A program made the translations under genes and the position numbers. The notes below the pieces were generated by a model, which was not told the origin of the DNA, made no database searches, and saw only the letters and a program-made list of their open reading frames with translations. Below, one piece after another: positions 11,031-28,072 of a DNA stretch of 28,072 bases. Each line of letters starts with the position of its first letter. Position 1 is the stretch's first letter. This DNA comes from Tubiluchus corallicola (taxonomy: Eukaryota; Animalia; Priapulida), in NCBI GenBank assembly GCA_030141605.1, contig JAQGDQ010001718.1:1-28072 (forward strand). Reading direction: 5' to 3'.

Positions 11031-12304
11031 TAAAAACTATGTACAAAATACATTCCCTCTATTTGTAGGGATATGTTTAAAATTTCTAAAACCATTTACA
11101 ACATATTATTATTAAAGCAAATATTTCAGCACAACCGTATCGAAAAAAACAGATTTTTTTCACCAAATGTCCAGACAGTTTGAGAGGCCCTGGGCTGCCG
11201 CCCTTACGAGACAATCGAACTCTGACTGCGCTGTTTCTTCTGGATCACCCTGTACATTTTGAGCTGCTGGCGTGTTGCATCGTGGGTCACTGACGTCACA
11301 ATAGTTTCTTAGCCACTCACACGACCTACATACTCAAAACTTTGCTTTCTTTTCAACCGAACCACTTGAAAAGTAAAAGTGTGTTAAAGTGATGCAACTT
11401 TTAGTTCCTAGTTTATTGTAAAGTAGAATTATCGGCTGTTTTTCACTGTTAATATTAAGGCGCCACCTATTTATTTAAAGTAAATAGTAAAATAGTCGTG
11501 TTCTTGAAGAATCGGGCCCGCCAATCAAGTGTCATGCCATTGGGGGTTTATTTTTCGAATCGGGCCCACCGGAAGGAACGGGGGGGGGGCGAAAAACCTC
11601 CAAAATGGCCATTTTTCGGCCGTTTTTTTGCAAAACTCATACCTCTTATATCTGAAGAACGGGAACGTGCCGAGGGTGGTACTGGGTATGGATAACCCGT
11701 TCAGCGGTGGGTGTCATAGGCCTATTTAGAATTCGCGAGAGGGTCACGGCGCCCCGCAACGGGCGTTTTTCCGAACCCAACTCCGGATTTTTTCGAAATT
11801 TTGACCAAGCAGCATGCGGAAAAAACGTTCTAGCGGCGCCTGGTGGGACTTTCGGAAGGAGATACACGGCTCTTTAGAAAGACGAAGGACAGGGCTACAT
11901 GGTGGTGTGAACTACATTTTAGGGTACGTCCACTAAGAGGAGTACCAACGAGTTAATTAGATGTTCCATTTTTGGCAATTTTCGCTTAGAAAACTGCTGA
12001 CGAAAAGCCATTGTTCCGACGTCATCCATTATCCTCTGCCTATAAGCTTATAACTTTAATTCAGTAAAAGCTGCTGGCTTTGCATTATAAATGAGGACTA
12101 TGTCATGTGGGATGTTCGCGTATTTTTGATTATAAGTGTATTTATACGCATTTTTTGCGGGGCCTTCGCTAGTTTCTTAAAGAATATTTTTAGTGACAAA
12201 CAAAACATAAGTGTTCTACATTATTTAAAGAATTTGCAAAAAGTTTCTTCAAGGTATGCAAATGTCGTTTAAACACATCACCGTATTAACCAATAGGCTA
12301 ACTA

Positions 12305-12495
12305 GACTATGGCCTAAGGCGCCAACGTTTGAGGGGGCGTCACATTTTAGAAAAAAATCTTATTCTCCTCAGAAAATGTGTATACTTTACGTTCATGTAA
12401 AGGGCGCATTTCATAACACGCCACAGGCAGTTATAGGGCTTCAATTCTATATAAGTAAGGAACAGGACTAGGATACAACACAATAAGCAGTTGCG
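12305..12495 (+). repeat. Dispersed repeat family C, second copy at about 16545-16737
   Basis: gccta.ggcgccaacgttt..ttttagaaaaaaatct.attctcct..gtaaaggg.gcattt..aacac.ccacaggcagtta occurs in both. The 16.5-kb copy has a local 31-bp duplication. Confidence 0.75.
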
Positions 12496-12538
12496 CAGCC
12501 TGATTATAAACAGCCATATACATGTAATTACAAATACG

Positions 12539-12720
12539 TTTCGCAAACACGTGCAACACGCTCTTGGAATATTTTTGATGTTGAAAATCATGTTAGTTTG
12601 TGATGTCATTAATAGTTGGGCTCGTTCGCCGTCAACTAAGATATTAATTTAATTATCAGAAAAACTTTTGCAGTATTAATTGTGTTAAAATGTATACTTT
12701 TATCTTTCTTAAAAATGGCC
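12539..12720 (+). repeat. Dispersed repeat family B partial copy
   Basis: Collinear with about 10344-10530. Confidence 0.78.
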
Positions 12721-13010
12721 TCCTTATCATCCAGTCTATCTTATTCGTTCGTTAATCTATTTCTTCGCTCATTCTTTCGTTCAATTTCTTATTTTATTTC
12801 AGATCTAGTGGAGGCGTCTGGAAAAGATGTTCGCGCATGCAATTGTTCACACTCGGATATCTAACATCGTTCACATGCTTTACTAATTACTCTTATGTTA
12901 TTCAATTTTAACGAGAGCAAATTCAATGCATACTAAGCTATTGCTACCCGGGTCTTGGTTAATATAATCGCCAGAAACTTTGCCTATTCAGACTGTTCAC
13001 CTCTTTTATC

Positions 13011-13749
13011 CAGTGCCGGCCTTAGGACATTTCGGACCCTGTGCAAAGTAAACTGCCCCCCCCCCATGAGCAACGCTAATTATTTTCTATGCTGGTTATT
13101 TTATTTTAGTAAATTTTTGACTATAATGCATAAAAATTATACTATACAAGCGCACCGGTAACCAGGGGCGTATCTAGTAGGGAAGCAGGGGGAGCAACCG
13201 CTCCGCCTGGTGACAGTTTTTCAAAATTGGCGCATTTTCAACAACCTGCCATGTTACTTTATTTGGCCAACCTGCCTCCCTAGTTTGCTTGCATTTACAC
13301 AACTCATTTGTCAAGGTAGACTGATTGAACCAAGGACCAAATTACACCAAATCTTACTGTTAACTCTTTAGTTCACATCCGGGATAAACGTCGAACCTTT
13401 TTTACTTTTTTAATGACGTTGTCTTCATCCTGTATTCAGACTAGATAGTTCTCTCTGATAATAAACTCACAAGTGTGAACGACTTTGCTAGTTCTCTCCG
13501 ACAGTAAGCGTGAGCCGACACTCGGGAAAACTCACTATGGAGAACTCACCAGTGTGAACACGCCTTAAGTCTTGACATTAACGGATATTAAACCAATTGC
13601 ACCTCTGACCCCGTAATTAACAAAAAAAATTGTTAAAAAAATGAACTAAATAAAATTATTATTCGTTTTTAACAGCAAATTTCTCCAAATTCTCGAACCC
13701 CTCAACTTTCGGGTCCCTCACGTTTCCCACGACCCTAATGCCGGCACTG
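13011..13749. mobile_element. hAT-like element with nested fragments
   Basis: Inverted ends CAGTGCCGGCcTTAGG / CCTAAtGCCGGCACTG, no matching TSD. Second TIR-like start CAGGGGCGTATCTAG at about 13163, and a gtgtgaacacgccttaa end at about 13552-13568. Confidence 0.55.
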
Positions 13750-14069
13750 TCGAATTTCACTGTTTTTCAAATAAAGCTCGAGGATCAGCTCAATATAAAT
13801 AATTTTTGTTACGAAATTTTGTGTTTTTCTTGTTTTTTTGAGTGTGTGTGTGTGTGTGACAGATTGTTAAATTTTTATTTTTTTAATTTAAAGTTTATTT
13901 CAACACCTAAAAACCTTATATAAGAGTTAAAATTTACATTAAAAACTAGAAAGTACTGCATGTCATGCTACAATATTAAAAACCTACGAAAATTACAAAT
14001 ACTATAATAGAAATGCGGAAAAAATATGGAAGAGAAATATAGTAGAAAAAATTTCCCACACAATTTAAA

Positions 14070-14703
14070 TACCCTAACCCGAACAATAGCCCTAATCTTA
14101 TCCCTAACCCTAGCCCCAATCTTGACCCTAAATAAACTCTAACTCTAATCCAATCCTAACACTACCTTAATCCAATCCATACTCTATAACTCTAATCCAA
14201 CCCTAACCCTACCCTATTCCAACCCTAACTCTACCTTTGTCCAATCCATATTCTAACCCTAATCCAATCCTAACTCTAACCATAATCCAATCCTAACTCT
14301 AACCCTAATCCAATCCTAACCCTACCCTAATCCAACCCTAACACTATCTTAATCCAATCCATACTCTATAACCCTAATCCAATCCTAACCCTACCCTAAT
14401 CCAACCCTAACACTATCTTAATCCAATCCAATCCTAACCCTACCCTAATCCAACCCTAACACTATCTTAATCCAATCCATACTCTATAACCCTAATCCAA
14501 TCCTAACCCTACCCTAATCCAACCCTAACACTATCTTAATCCAATCCATACTCTATAACCCTAATCCAACCCTAACCGTACCCTAATCCAACCCTAACAC
14601 TACCTTTATCCAATCCATACTCTATAACCCTAATCCAACCTTAACCCTACCCTAATCCAATCCTAACCCTACCCTAATCCAATCCTTGCATACCCTACCC
14701 CAA
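14070..14703. repeat. Degenerate telomere-like (CCCTAA/TCCTAA/TCCAA/CCCTA) array with a 69-bp higher-order unit
   Basis: actatcttaatccaatccatactctataaccctaatccaa recurs with period 69 (14461, 14530). Confidence 0.88.
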
Positions 14704-16283
14704 TTTTGCTCATATTTTAACGAATAACAATTAACATAATTCAGCATAAAATTATGAGCTTTCAATCCGTCTCTCAATCGTCACAAACGTATGTTTTTTT
14801 TGCAATAATGATGTAGAAAAATTACTGAAAAAGTAAATAACACACACATGTAATTACTATACATATATCTCAAACTATGAAGTAGCTAGTAGGTATCTTA
14901 AGAAAGACCGGGTGACTTTTCGTTAAGCCTATTAATCCTAATCCGTTTATTTTTAAATTTTTCATTTAATTTGTTTAATTTAACATTAAATTTTACATTT
15001 AGTTTGTTTGATTTAACATTTAATTTAATACGCTTAACGCTGAATGATAGAGCTAAATAGACGCACGCAAAAAACCGCGTGCCTTCTGTGTGAAATGAAC
15101 CTTCTTGCCGCGTTAGTTTTCGCGAAAAAAGAGAGCAATTTTCCTTGCATCCTCGGTGTGAAATGGGCCCAAGTGTGCTCATAGGGCAAGGATAATTAAA
15201 ACAAAAAACCGTTTTTGTGACCACCTTCAATCTATTACGATAATGTAACATACAACTGATTACAATAATTCACAATTACGTGTAGAAATCATGGATTCGT
15301 CGTTTCGGTTAAACCTTAACAATCAAAAATCAATTGTCAGGCTAGACTGAAGAAGAACCATAGTTCATTGAAAAGTTTCCGCCTCGTGCACGCCAGAAAT
15401 AATGCACTAATCTCAGAAATTACCAGCCAGGCAGTTGAAAGGCTAGAATCACCTGGGTTCACACGGGTAGAATTATAGTTTACAGACGAACAAGCACTGG
15501 CTTAACCTATCAGTCCACAAAAACACGAAATCAAACACATTTCCCACGCCGTAATTACGCATGCGCCTAATTATTTGCAATCCCACCTCAATACAATGGC
15601 AAACTATGATGGCAACCAGTCTTCTAAACGCTCAACAGTTCCAGTGTTTACAATAACAACAACGATGACACCATTATGAATTCGAACAATTAAAAACCTC
15701 CTACTGATTAGCATCAATTCGTAGTCAAAACAGCAAAATAAACTTTATAATAAATAATCATCATGACGAATTGCAAATTAAACTTTAAAAAAATCGTGTA
15801 ACATAAATAATTTAGCAAAGCTACGTCTATGAAATTCCATACGGATGGCAACTCATGGGTAAGTGAAAAATGAATGTACAAAATTTTATAGCTAAATGCA
15901 GTAAATCCACTTGACACGAAACACGGTCACGTGACAGGTTGCTTAATCGAGGAGAGACGAATCGGGGGGCGGCTGAATTCTTCCCTCGACTCGACTTTAC
16001 AGACCCGCACGAGAGAAGAATATACAGTGTATACAAAACGACAGTCCCTTTCTTATTATAAACAACAATACAAACAGCATAATCTATTTCTCTCTTTTTT
16101 AGAACTGCGCACGCTTTGTTCTCGCTGTCGTTGCACGTCCAGCGCAGTACGTCACTTCCGTACCACGTGCCCTGCGTCTGCTTACGTCACTTCTGCTACG
16201 AGAGTTGCACGTGGCAGCGAGAACAAAGCCGCACGCGTATTTAAAGTGAAAACGATTTGTTAAGATTGTTAAAATGCTAGAGC

Positions 16284-27675
<11,392 letters not shown>

Positions 27676-27721
27676 CTGAAATGTTAGATAAGTATTATTG
27701 CGTACAATAATTATTTACGTT

Positions 27722-27743
27722 ATAATGATGGTGATGGTGATGA

Positions 27744-27777
<34 letters not shown>

Positions 27778-27884
27778 GGTGTTGCTGATGATGATGATGA
27801 CGGTGGTGATGATGATGATGGTGATGATGATGATGCTGATGACGATGATGATGGTGGTGGTGGAGGTGCTGCTGCTGCTGCTGC

Positions 27885-27915
<31 letters not shown>

Positions 27916-28052
27916 GATGATGATGACGCTGATGATGATGATGATGATGATAATGACGCTGATGATGATGGTGATGGTGGTGATGATGGTGATGATGATG
28001 ATGATGATGATGGTGATGATGGTGATGATGATGATGATGATGGTGATGGTGT
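27722..28052. repeat. (GAT/GGT/GCT)n microsatellite
   Basis: Directly visible. Confidence 0.95.
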
Positions 28053-28072
28053 TAGGGTAGCATTTAAAACTG

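Noticed and set aside
11240-11254. Tc1/mariner TIR end (ggatcaccctgta)
   Set aside because: No partner end found, and too short to define an element.
27698-28060. Poly-Met/Val ORF
   Set aside because: (GAT)n microsatellite within a paramyosin intron.

Overview
AT-rich invertebrate (protostome-like) genomic DNA with two convergent spliced genes in a background of transposon relics and simple repeats. (1) Minus strand, 16284-27675: the last 10 coding exons (2133 nt, 710 aa plus stop; all GT-AG introns with compatible phases) of a paramyosin gene. Its N-terminal exons lie beyond the right edge. (2) Plus strand, 4672-8746: a type I membrane protein of about 408 aa with a signal peptide, one TNFR-type cysteine-rich domain resembling Wengen, a long acidic stalk, a TM helix and a short tail. 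The tail comes from a second exon (8631-8746) missing from the ORF track. The rest is a hAT MITE with a perfect 8-bp TSD and relatives, pogo/Tigger-like MITEs, LINE 3' relics, a decayed 18S rRNA fragment in the last paramyosin intron, minisatellites (29, 31, 73, 79, 153 bp), a telomere-like array and compound microsatellites. I found no convincing new biological system. The most notable points are tandem arrays and LINE tails sitting at splice sites (one array copies an exon/donor junction), the intronic 18S relic, and paramyosin intron positions that appear shared with striated myosin heavy chain.
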